From the NCBI GenBank assembly GCA_010015585.1, contig ML975158.1: a stretch of DNA of 64,000 nt. One strand, 5' to 3'. The notes under the pieces were generated by a model. The model did not search any database. It was not told the origin of the DNA and worked only from the letters and a program-made list of their open reading frames with translations. Position numbers and translations under genes: made by a program. Each line of letters starts with the position of its first letter. Within the stretch, counting starts at the first letter, position 1. Shown here piece after piece: positions 20,624-33,242 of this stretch. Origin of the DNA: Eremomyces bilateralis CBS 781.70 (lineage: Eukaryota).

Positions 20624-22083
20624 ATGGCTACCCCGAAACCGGAGAAGTTGTTGTGTGTTCTACCACTTCCAGCACCGCCAAACTTGGAACAGCAGATGAA
20701 GGAGAAACATCCTGAGATGGATTTCGAGTATATATTTCATCGCTTTGACACGAGGAATGCTCTAGCCTGCGTGAAGGATATTGTTCCTCCTGGTCAGTCC
20801 GACTTAGTCAGACATCCATGCCTTTCTTCGAACCACTTCCAATTACTGGATATGCAGTCATCAATTGAAAGATCTTCATCTCTAACCAAAATGAGACAGA
20901 AAAATTCCAGTCTGCCACAGTACTGGTTACGTTGACCATGCTTCCCGATCCGGCCGACTGTCCTAATCTGGAGCTCATTCATGTTTTCTCAGCGGGAACG
21001 AATCACATTGCCAATCATCCCATTTTTACGAACACGAAGATCCCGATATGCACCGCTACTGGCGTCCATGGGCCTCAGATTGCGGAATGGGTGCTCATGA
21101 CTCTCCTCGCTCATAACCACCTCCTGCCGCGGATGTATGAGTTCCAAAAGAAGCATCTCTGGGAGCGGGAGCGGACGATGGAATTTCATCGTGTGCGCGA
21201 CCTTGTAGGCCAGCGGATAGGCGTGCTCGGGTATGGCAGCATTGGACGGCAAAGTAAGTAAATTGCCCCTTACTACATGTGCTATATGTCTACCGTGACA
21301 CTCTCTTGGTCCTGAATATGCACACGTGCTTCTGAGCTTTGTCTTGCACTTGGATCTGTTTGAGATCGCAAAGCTAATAATCGAACTTTGTCGGCGAACA
21401 GTCGCGCGAGTCTCGAAAGCAATGGGGATGGATGTCATTGCTTACACGGCCACGCCGAAGAAAACTCCCGAAGCGCGCCAGGATTCTGGGTATATTGTCC
21501 CGGGAACGGGGGATCCGGATGGAAGTATCCCGAGTGCCTGGTTTGGGGGATTGGATAAAGATTCGCTGCACAACTTCCTGGAGCAGGATATTGATGTGTT
21601 GGTGTTATCCTTACCATTAACGTATGTCTTATACTTGGTGCACGATCCTTCTTCTGGCAGAGGAGGAGCCTGCACTTTCAGACGTATGGGAGATGAAGCC
21701 ATCGCCATGGCTTCCGGAACAAAGCTGACATATCCAGGGCCAAAACGCGCCACTTGCTAGGGGAAGCGGAGTTCGAAATTCTGGCCAAGAAGCAGGCATT
21801 CCTAGTCAACATCTCGCGTGGAGAAATCATTGACCAGCCGGATTTGATTCGAGCCCTGGAGAAAGGCTCATTGCGAGGTGCAGCTCTCGATGTGACGGAT
21901 CCTGAGCCGCTTCCGAAAGATGATCCCTTGTGGGACGCGCCAAATATTCTGATAGCCCCTCATATCAGTGGCGTTGGGTCGGCATACTCAGAGAGAGCCT
22001 TTCAGATATTGGACATCAATCTGACGAGAAGGGCGAAGGGAGAGAAGTTGATAAACGTCGTTCAAAGGGAGAGGGGTTATTGA
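20624..22083 (+). CDS. D-isomer-specific 2-hydroxyacid dehydrogenase
   Basis: Four exons (introns ~20793-20899, 21254-21400, 21622-21737). Motifs SAGTNH, HGPQIAEW, GVLGYGSIGR, LPLT, VNISRG, ALDVTDPEPLP and PHISG. Confidence 0.93.
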
Positions 22084-24698
22084 AAGCGGAATTCAAGACT
22101 TGGAGCATGCCTTTCCTCAAGCATACATAGACTCTTCTCAGCTAATAAACACGACAATGACTTGAACATCCAAAAGGTAGATTTGCGATCTCACGCCATT
22201 TCTGCGTACTTCGGAGTACTCTGCTTGGCTTTCCCTCAAGCCACGGAAATCCGAAATAAATTTACCTGAAGGATAAAGTCGTCGAGAGCACATCTTAACC
22301 TCTGAAATTTACTCAGATCAGGAAGAACTTGATCTTGTATGCATTAGCCTTCAAGCTTTCTCCGCCGCTGCGCTCCTCCTGGTGTATCGAAGTCAGCCTA
22401 CTGCACTAAGTGCAGTAGCGGGTGCCACTGGTTGTTTGTATCCATTGCTGCTGATTCTTGAACCATTTTCACATGAGTATGCACTCACGATGTAGCCATA
22501 CGAAAACCAAGCCGTGCCCTAATCGGACGGGACAGCCCTTTGGCAGCCAGGATACCTTCTGCCTTCCAATTCAGTACCCGTGGTTGTCATATGAGAGCAT
22601 CATCCTGATAAAGTCACATGTGTGCCACCGGCCACGAAGATTGGACCTGCAGAACCGCCTCCCTGAAAGTTACCGGACAGATTGTCCATCATAGGTATTG
22701 CGGTATACATACCAATATTAGTAGAGTTCCTCTGCCTACTAGGAGTGGCTGGCGAAAGAACACATGATTGGTACGAACTAGCAACAAATCAACTGAAGTG
22801 CAATCACAAGCCAAATGCGCTCCCGGAAGGCTGCCGAACCGAGCCCACGGGGAGCCAGGGACGTAATCGGAAACCCTGACAGCTCTGGCCTGCATGTCCG
22901 GCTTTTAGGGGACTATTGATGCCGTCTCATGAGGTCCATGTCAATTGTCATCACTATGGCCAGGTGAGCCCCGGAATACTAACTCGTACACCAGGATCTC
23001 CACGATATACCATATGGAACCCGTGGGGTAAGGACCTGCGGAGTAGCGTGCGAGGAAACTAGGTTCTTTTGTTTTTGATGGATTTTTCTAGCCGACAGCT
23101 AGGATAAGAACCGGATATAAAAAAGCAATGCAGAGATAATATGCATGCTAAAGCAAACGACGCGGCACGCGAGTTGATGTCGGTGCTAGACACCAATGAG
23201 AACCGTGGATTTGCAGGAAATGCTTTGGCTTGGCTTGTGATTGAATCAATGTGAGGAAAACCGAGGAAAACATGGTCATCCGCTTCGAAAGGTGCAGCAC
23301 GAATCTCATCCATGATCCAGCATCGAGCATGTACGCGAAAAGAGGGGGAAGCCGATTTCATCCGACACAACAAACGATTTGGATTGTGTACATCATGGTT
23401 GGAAACAAGCAATATGGATTCTGAGTTAAAAAGGTGCTATTAGCTGCCACGTGCAGTCGTCCAATTAACAACTGCCGATCGCACGTGCACGCAGATCGCT
23501 CGAGAGTCGAGTCGTGGCCCATTGCATTTCAGTCCCTTATCTCTGGGCCCATCTGGGCGCTCTAACTTTGAGGCATTCTCAAGTAGTAACGGAAAAGTGC
23601 GTAAAAGCAACTCACAACGAAAACGATGCGCAATTAGGAAGGGAAATCATTAATAGACATACTGTCTACCCCATTAGTAAGAATCGTTCCACTCTCGAGT
23701 GGACAGAAGTGACTAAGTAATCCAAAAGGATGATTGCTAAGGAAAGTTGGATGCAAGTCCTTGAACCTGAAACGCGCTCTGTGGGTTACAACGGTTGTGG
23801 GGGTGGTTGAGGATGATCAATGATGCAACTTGGAATCCGTAAGGTGTGGTTCAATCTTACATGTGGATTGTAGATATGCAGGCTGCTCCGAGTCAACCGA
23901 CGCTAGAACATGCAGGAGAAAATGTGAATTGTGGACAAAGATGCCTTACAGGGATAGGGAGTGAAATAGGGAGGTACCATTGTATCAGTCCACCAGACAC
24001 TGGGGAGTACCTATTAGTGGAAGGAAATGCAGCCCCTGCCTCGGAGGTGCTGATGATACATACAGCAAGGCATGGTTGCGTTGAATTCATTATTCAATGT
24101 GTACGTGTATGATGGCCCCTTAGATACAATCCGTTCCAAACTCCGTCCCTTGTGGCCCATGGGTATCAGTAGATGTGCCCAAGCCCCAGTGAAGTCTCTG
24201 TTGATCCAACATCACAACAACTATTCCGTCCGGGGAATATGCACTTCAAACCGCAGATCCTTCGAGATCGGATTCGAAGCTGCCCCGTTCTGGCTCTCGG
24301 CCTCGCTGTCCGGCTGAATGGACGGTTCGAAACGCCTCGTCGATCTTTGCCAGCTTCGTTCATACCAAAACACTTGAAGACTCCCCTTTTGTACCAAATG
24401 CATCCGTGGTGTTACGATTATCATGAATCGAAACGCCTCCCCAAAGACCAGATCGTCTCCCAACGCCACAAATAATCCTAGTGACAAGAAGTGTAAAGAT
24501 AGAGAATGTTGAGGATCGAGCGAAAGAACCAGTTGTCGCCTTGGTATCGATCTGGGTAGATTTCGGCATCGTACACGCCCCGATCTTTTGGACTTGCAAG
24601 TCTTTCGAGGATCATAGATAATGGAGCGTTGCAGCGCTGGGGTATATCGGACTCGTAGATTTGCAGAAAGTAGATGTAGCAGTAAATCCGGCGATCTT

Positions 24699-26561
24699 TC
24701 AGAGTCTGTTGGACATTCCATCATACGCATCCTCCTCATCCTTGATCGGTGGGTGCAACCCCAACCCCCCTCTTGCATGTGTGCTTCGGGGGTCCCATTC
24801 CAGCCTCTGCGGAGATTGTGGACCGCCGCTGCTCGGTGGTCGAGGGCTCGAAAAGCTCATGCTCGGCGTATGGTACTGTCGCTGACTGGACTGGAAATAA
24901 TCCGGGGTTTGCCTGCCATTCATCCCAGGGCTCTGATACACCTCGGTGGGGCTGGTGATTGTCGATACGGGCGACTTCACCTTCAGTAACTCATACTGTC
25001 GCGCGTCGTTTGAGTATCGCTTTGCATCCAGCGATACGAATTCGCTCTTTTGCACGAATAGCTTGCGGAAGAAGTCGTACCAGGCGCGAAGTAAGCTGAA
25101 TCGGGATAGGAGTAGGAAAACTTGGATGCCTGCGAGACCGAGTAACATCAAGATGGCTGTGACGACGGGTTGGCTGATCAGGAACCGCTGAGCATCGGCA
25201 AAACACTCCTCCTTTCTCCCTCCGGAGATTAAAAGACAGGTGAGCCAAGGCATGAGTTGGTCTCTTTTGGTCGTAAAAGCGTGGTCGGTGATATCGTTGA
25301 GGTAGATGAAGACGACGGAGAGGAAGATGACGTCGGCAAGGATGAAGATAACCATCAATATGGCACGCCATTGAAGCCAGAGAACCTTTGTGACACGGCG
25401 GTAGACCCCGCGGGCGGTCTGGTTGCGATGGGCTGAGCCAGAGTAGGAGGCGAGTCCGCCGCTGGAACTCGTCTCTGTCTTCTCGTCACTGAACATGTTC
25501 TTGATGTAGACGTGAATGCAATAACCGAAAGTCGCGATTTGCAATAACGCGCTTGCACCTGCCATCCCAAGCATGGGGCCCCAGAAATCTTTCGTCGAAT
25601 GCTCCGAGTTGACGTGACATGCATCGCCGAATCGGAAACTGACACCGGTGAACTAGCGATACGAAGGGGGTTAGCGAGTCCTTCGCGCACGGAATAGTGC
25701 CGATTATGGGCAAGCATCAAGAAGACATACCACCAACGTGAGCACAAAAAACAACGATACCAGGCCCCATCCCAGGGCTTGAGAACCATAGAAGAACTTC
25801 TTGCCAGGAACGACGTCCCAGCAGATTTGTAGGTGCATGGAGAGAGTTCGAATGAAAACTATGTCATCAATGTCAGCGTCTACGCCGTCCGAGGGTTTTC
25901 GCGCGATGGTCAGACTTACTCCACATGCCTGTGGTGAGGCTGCCAGAAATAATGAATGCGCCAGACCACGCGCAAGTCATACTTGAGTACATGTCATTCG
26001 GTGTAATTTCGTTGAAGCACTGTTCAGGCTGCGCGGCAAGGGGCACGACGAAACCAAGCTGCAGGAAATCAATTGACTGGTTCCTCTGTGAAAAAAAAGC
26101 ACATTACATACCTCCAGTAGTCCAATGCCAATAACGAGACAGACACTGAGATAATGTCGCCTTGATTTCTCGGCAGGAAGAGCGGCATATGAGATGAGGA
26201 GGAACAAGGAAACCGCGACACTGAGCGCACTAAGGACTTCTGTCGCCCTGCTCCACGAGTGGAAGTCTTGGGATCGTAGTCAACATCTTGCATTGAGGAT
26301 TTGAAATGAGCTGCTTACTTTCTGGGAATATCCAGTCTGTTGCGGGGCACGGTAGACAGCATGTTAATCCATCGCCCAAGGAAGAACAAAAACGGCCCGG
26401 AGTATCTGGGCGATGTTAGTTAGGATCCAGAAACGGATCGTCAGTACCGGATGGGAATATGGAGACCACATACATCCATCACTTGGGGGGAACTGCTTGA
26501 CGTCCAGGAACGGCATAGGACAGAGTCCTCTCAGCTCCTCTATCGATCGATTTGAGAACAT
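24699..26561 (-). CDS. gprM: Seven-TM G-protein-coupled receptor, GprM/MG00532-like class
   Basis: Multi-exon. Cys-rich N-terminus (CPMPF, CLPCP..DW), LPAEKSRRHYLS, CFNEITPNDM, MHLQICW, GVSFRFGDACH, LQWR; seven hydrophobic segments and a Ser/Pro-rich tail. Confidence 0.8.
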
Positions 26562-29500
26562 TGTGAAAGGTTCGACGCGCTGTCAACACAGTGGATGAAT
26601 GATCAGGTTGAGAGATGTTGGCTGAGGAGTAGCACAGTGACCGAAGTGGTCGTGAAGCCTGCCCAAGGCGATATATCGCGTCTATAACAAGCGCATCGAC
26701 TAGTCCCGTCCAGGCAATATGGAATCCGAAAGTCTTCGTTGGGCCCTACACGGACTGGATGGGGAAGTCGCCGTTCAATTGACGCTCAGGCGGTTTCAAT
26801 TCGAATGAGTGAGGAGTGGAAAATGTTTGATGTGGAGGGTAGGGCAGTAAAGAATGATCTCTAAAACCAAAATTCCGAGACGGGACTCATGCAAGAAAGA
26901 AACGCCAATCGACAGGGCGTTGCAGAAGGGTGACAGACCGGCGGCGCGACACGACCGTCAGCATGCAGGACCAGTCGACCAGGTACAGGACTGCCTGGTA
27001 TTCCAAGGGAATAATCGGATACAATCTGTGTGCGTCAAGGCGTTGGCGGCTGAGGGGAAAGACTCAAATGAGGGGAGTGGAGACGAGATGAGCAAGTCCG
27101 GTCCTGGGTATCCGTGACAAGCGAAGGCCCAAATAGTGAGGTGGGAGAATATATGTATTGGTACCAATGCTGTAAGAACTTAAAATGTTCGCGCACAGCC
27201 CGGATGCTGGTGACCGACGGGGATGGTAGAAAATGAAGCACGCCGGTCAGGAGATGAATGACTGGAGAACCATGCAAATCCTGGAAGGAAAATAACAAAT
27301 TCTTTATCCGGCTGGCGATCAATACTGCTGGGGACTTGGGAGGGGGGCAAAGTAAGGTAGGACGAAAGAGGTAAGGTAGAGTGTCAGTTGTCGGTATGGA
27401 CTATCAAGTATGGAGTATCGTGAAAGAATGCCCTGACGATGACGCCTAAACACGACGATGAACTAAAAGAAAGTCAACGTTTAAGAACAGGACGTGCATC
27501 GTAGATCGTTATTATTCAATCTCCTTTTAGAACCTCATGAAAAGAAGGGGGATCCAAGAGAGCGGAGCAACGCGACCTGAGGGGCAAGATTGGTAGCAAT
27601 ATGAGGATGGTATGGTTCAAGGGCTTAAGGCACGTCCGATGTCTATCCATAATTGTCGATTGTTAGTACCTCAGTCGATCCCCACGGTACGTCAGAATTT
27701 TAAGCCACCAAAGACATGCTCACCAGTCCCAGGTCTACATCCCGATCGCGAACCCGATGGGAGTGTCGCTTCATTTCCTGTAGGTCAGTATTATCGGTAG
27801 CTTGTACCATAACTGGCTGAATTTGCACCCGAAAGCACCTTTCACTCGCCAATCCGCAAACACTCCAAGTCCCCAGACTCAGGCACTCTGCGCGAAAGTC
27901 AATAACATCCCATCCTCGGAATTGGGTTGGATGAGTGTTGGACCGGAGGGAATTGGCTCTGCAGCCTATGGAACGTCATCCCTTAGCTGGAGGGGTAAAG
28001 GGGCGTTCGCCGAATCCGCTCCACTTGGCGTCGGCGTCAAATACTCTTCAGGGCTGGAGGCCTGGAACTCCCTGTGACTCTGCCAGGGTTCCTCGCTCAA
28101 CGGGGCAAAGTCAACGAAGATTCTCGGCTGTGGGTCCAGAACATGCCCCAACGTGCAGGCTGCGCTTCGGCTTTGGCTGGTCAATTAGCAAGGATGAAAG
28201 ACTGGCGCCATGTGCCGATGTGAAGAGCTGTCGCGTGGCGGGGGGTGTCGACGAGTGAGCGACGAGATGTGGGCGAGACTCTGGGGGCACAGGATCGTAT
28301 CATTAGCAGGCAACATTGGTTTCGTTCCTCCGCTGGAGAGTGGAGGGGGACACCGATTCGACGATGCTGGCTTGGATCGCTGGTTCGATGTGGTGTTACG
28401 ACTGTACCTCAGGACTCTCGCGAGTCACGACACTCCAGCAATCCATACTCCACAAACAGAGGGCAGCTGGTTCGGAGTGGAACAGGTGGGCTGGGTACAT
28501 GCTCACTTCATGGAGACTTGGTTCCCCACCAGTAAGGGTTGGTGTTGCATCTCATCGCCATCCTGGTGGAAATTTGACGACATGTGGAAAACTTGGCTAA
28601 CAATCTAAGTTACAGGTGATTGCAAGAGAGAATGCTTTTTCTAGTGTTCGCATGGCAAATACTTCCGGAGCCGGCCTGCATCATCTCCGTAGAAAAGCAT
28701 GCATCCTGATGACAGGTGGCTGGTACATACAGAATACTGTCAGGCACCCGAACTCTCGAGTCTCATGTTTCCCTTGCTGTAAACTGTAAAGATCTGCTTA
28801 CGGTGGTCTGTGTACTTCAGATGCAGGGTAAGACAGGTAAGTTTGCTAACTGGCTAATGCACTAAGAGAGCCTTTAGGTTTTAGTTCAACCGGATTGTGA
28901 GCTTCCTTGATTTTCTCACGTGGAGTGGCTGCGGGACCTTCGCATCATTTGATCGGATCTATCTCGATTCTCGTATCCATCAAGGGCCAAGGCTTCCGTT
29001 GTACATCTTTTCTTCCACGCTGTCATGGGCCTCGATGGGTATTCTAAATTCTTCCATCGGGAAGCTATTAATACTGGTAGTACTTACCCTAGGCGCCATA
29101 CAATATTCATTGAATGCGAATGTAATACGGAGTACGGAATATGGAATTCGGCTTTCGAGGACTGGTTTTCCAGCGCGCTGATATTGTCCTCAGTCATTTC
29201 GTTTGCGAGTTATGTATGTCCTCAACCTTTCGGTCAGTTAGGATGAACTCTTTAAGTCTTTAATTTTTTTGCCTTCAGAATTGGGCCTCCAACCGTTCTT
29301 CCGCACCGTACCGTGTACGTCGCCCGGCGCCCAAAATCAGAATGCCTTCGGCCCCCAATTACTGGCCAAGAAGCCCGGAGTGGGAGATTGGCAGTCCAGA
29401 CGCGTCGGCGCTTAATGCCACTCCAAAGAAGGTGACATATTTTCTCGCGCCAGCCTCTCACGATTCGTGACAATCTTACGGGAGAGTCACTGGTCGTTCA

Positions 29501-32500
29501 ACAGTCCAACCTCCAGCGAATGATGCGCCACAGTTCGATTGTCCTGCTCGGCTCTCGCGAATAATCCTTTCCTTTAATGGGTACGGGCGGACCTGGATAC
29601 AATTATTCCGTTGATACCTGAGGCGGTCCCAGAACTCTAATGCTTGTGCGAGTTTCCCGGTCTTAGTATTGGGTACAAATATCTTCTCCAAGAGGCAAGG
29701 GCAAACCTGTCGATTGGCTCTCATAATATCCATATATTTTCGTTGTGCACGAGTTATAGTCACTACATAATATTATCCCCACGCCCGTGGTATGCCTTAT
29801 GACTGGTTCTGGAGAACCCGACAATATTAATGCTCCTCGTCCAACTCCCGGGCCACTGGCCTTGTTGCAGCTGTGCAATTGCCAGGTACGGACGTATCGT
29901 GCTGTTCAATCATGCTTACGGAGATCCTTGGGTTTTACTCAGAGCTAGGTATTCACTATTAATTATTATCAACCCTAAGATCCCGGTGTTAGTCCGGGGT
30001 ATCCCTTTCAGCAGTTGAAAGTCAAAGGTCCCTAATATTTGAATTTAGGATCTGAAGTGCGCTGTGGTAACCGTAAGGAACATCGACGCTGCAGTAGAGG
30101 CATCTGAATTCTAATATATTGACCAGTGGAACTGGGAGTTCGCCAGCACTGGCCACAGAGACCGAGAACCAGGTTTCGAGATGTTGGAAATAGGAAATTT
30201 ATTCACAGCGACACTACTGTTGCGTCAGTTTAGATAGGGGCCGGAATGCAGATCCCTTTAGTCGAAATTACTTGCCCATAAAGATTAAAGTTCCCATGTC
30301 CCAACTCCTAACGATATTACGATCGTCTTGGCTTGTAGCTATGATTAGATCGAATCATCGAAATCATTGGTAAACACATAGCAAATGCCATTCACAATTT
30401 ACGTGCGATAGTACCTATCAAAAGGACATCATGGTTTGATTTCAGCCCCTAACTTACCCATTCTGAGTTCTCCGCACTTATTTACCATAGGCAGGTTATC
30501 AGACACCGGTCGAGACAGTTCTGTACAGTCTATGCTTGGGGCCTGCACAATGGTGTACATAATAGTACTTAATACATGGTAGTATATTGGAGCTCCCACT
30601 TGTGAATCGTTCTATGCGTGTTCCTGCATCCATTGTCGAGGAACAGACGAATAGGCAGACGATCCAGCGCGGGATTGTATATGCCCATGGGCCATTCCCA
30701 CATATTCACCCCCTTTCCCTACCAAAGCTGGAGAATTATCCATACTGTACCAGGATTCAGGCTAAAGAAGGTATCGGTAATTAAAGCTTACTGTAAGCAC
30801 ACTAATGGATTAACAGAACTCTTTGATAATCTGGACACGTGCGGAGAATTAAGAATCCCATGTTGCTACTGTCGATGGTGTAGATCCATAGGTATTTGCT
30901 TTCCAAATTCCAACCCATGTCACTCGTGGAAAAAGGAGTATCGCACTTTGCTGACATCTCAGTTCTCATAAGGGGCAAGCTGGCAAAGGCTCATCGTGCA
31001 TTGGGGACTATGTATCCGAATTCCGAACTAAGTTGCGCTGAGGATAGAGACGCCACGCGAATTGTTTCACAGGCACTGGCTCGAGGGCTGGATATGTTCA
31101 GATTCCAGCCTCGTCTTGTAGCTGTTGATGAGCACGATCCAGATCTGTTCAAATGGCAGGAATCTGGTGACACGTTGAACGTGCTGGATCAGTGAAGAGT
31201 TCGGATTTGCCGCCGTGCGACATCGCCTCCTTGTGGTACATTATACATGCGTATCGCTGAGTCTCGAACGGCATTGTGCTTAGATTATAATCACTGTGAT
31301 GTTTTGCCGCCGTCGATCTTTTAGAGTCGGTAACTGCTCGTGGCGAGAACTGTTCCTAGCGTGTCCTGCCTACAGCGGCATTTCTGTTGGTTGTCTCCCA
31401 TCTTCAGATTTCCTGCACGTCTGATCACATCGCCAAGTGGACGAGAACAGAGTTGTGCTTCGTTGCGCCCGACTGAGGCCGCCTGGGACACTACACGATG
31501 TAACATTGTCTGAAGATCACCTAGGGATGACCATGGTAAGACCTCGGTGAACTGCATAGGGGTTGGCCATAATGAAAACGGGGAGAACCCACTCGGTAAC
31601 GGGGACGATATTAACATCAAACAGATCGGCAGGGGCCAACAGTTCTGGACAGTTAACTCTATCCGACTTGTGACCCGTGTGTGGTGTGTTCCTTGAGAGT
31701 TGAGACCTGGTCTGACACCATGCCTTCATTTTGGAACAGAGAGGTATTATCAGAAGGATAATCATAAGATTTACATTATCCGAACTCTACATATGACACA
31801 TAGAAACATACCTACCTTCCACCAGACTCGCCATGCCAGGCCACCCATGAAAATACTAGAATAATACCAGGGGGCGTACGTATCAGCACCCAACGTATCC
31901 CAGTATTACCGTGACATCACCCGTACGGGAGCTGGCATTGCACGCCCTTTGGACTATTTCACGTCCCGTCCGGGGTGATTTTCTAGCCTGTGCAACTTCC
32001 GGAGTTCCTCCACACTCTCGGGCATCTTCTGGGGCGAACTTGTGCTATCATTTCGTTTTCCATTTCGAGCGTTGCTCTTTAATCGGTGAATGTCACGGTA
32101 GCGTCAAGCCTATCCATGGATGGAGGGTGATGGACGCCGTCGCCGTAGATATCTGCATCAATGTAGAGATGACAACGGAGGATAGAGAACACAACGAGCG
32201 GGTAGTTTGCATCGAGCTGGTGTGCAATACCGCACAATGGAGAGGCTAATCTTTACTTACCTGTGCTTGGATATTCCCTTATTGTAGCGTAGCTTAGGGC
32301 TGACGAGCGACTGGAACGACTGATAGGAAGGGGTGTTGTGACGGGTGAAGAGAGACTGAAGCCTCAGACAGAAAAAGGAGAGAACATGCACACGTGGGCG
32401 GATGGAGACGGGACGGGACGACGGGCGACGCGACGGCACGCGTGGAGAACCGAACAGTTTACTCTTTGAAACCCCGTAATACTTGGTGTTAGACCTAAAG

Positions 32501-33242
32501 AAGACGATCTGGCAAGGCATCGGCAACATGTCCTCAGACTTCTCTCAGCTGATTCTACAATTCTTCCCACGCCGCGGTAGTAAATGATAGAGAAACATCA
32601 CCCCTTACATCAAGCCAACCAGAAATCCAATTAGATACACAGGATCCTCAACCGAATGTTATTCAGCGGTATATATATACGCAACTCTCACCCTCCAATC
32701 CGACCCCTCTTCTCCTTCCCAATCATCACTACTATACAAACAAACGCTATGTACATCTCCCCCACCGTTAAGGACGACGGCAAAACCCGCCACTGGGGAG
32801 CGCGTGGCTCGACTCCGTATATGGCGAGTGGGATATATCAAACAAGCCATCCGTATCCCTCCCTATCAAATTACGCATTACTCCTTCCCTTGCCCCGAAA
32901 AGCCCTCTCCAATGCAACAGTGACTGGTGGAGGGGCAAGGTGACGTAGGGCTGATAAATAAGTCCCCAACTTCACGACCATCGCGTTGATCTGCGTGCGT
33001 CGAGGAGCGGGAAAATTGACAAAGGAAATAGAACGCCGGGAAGATGCTTGCTGGGGATCCTGCGTCCTCGACCGGAGATCCGCAGTGAGAATGATATCAA
33101 ACCGAAATATCGAATCCGAAATTGAACGGAGAACGGAAGGCACGGAGATATTGTCCATATGGCCGAGATCGACCCAACCCGACCTAACCACCGGGTCGAC
33201 CGCACCATGCATATAAAACCCAAGGATGATGTATCTCGAACC

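Noticed and set aside
22398..22418. Near-perfect palindrome CTACTGCACT-A-AGTGCAGTAG
   Set aside because: Isolated, with no second copy or associated element; one such palindrome in 64 kb is weak evidence.
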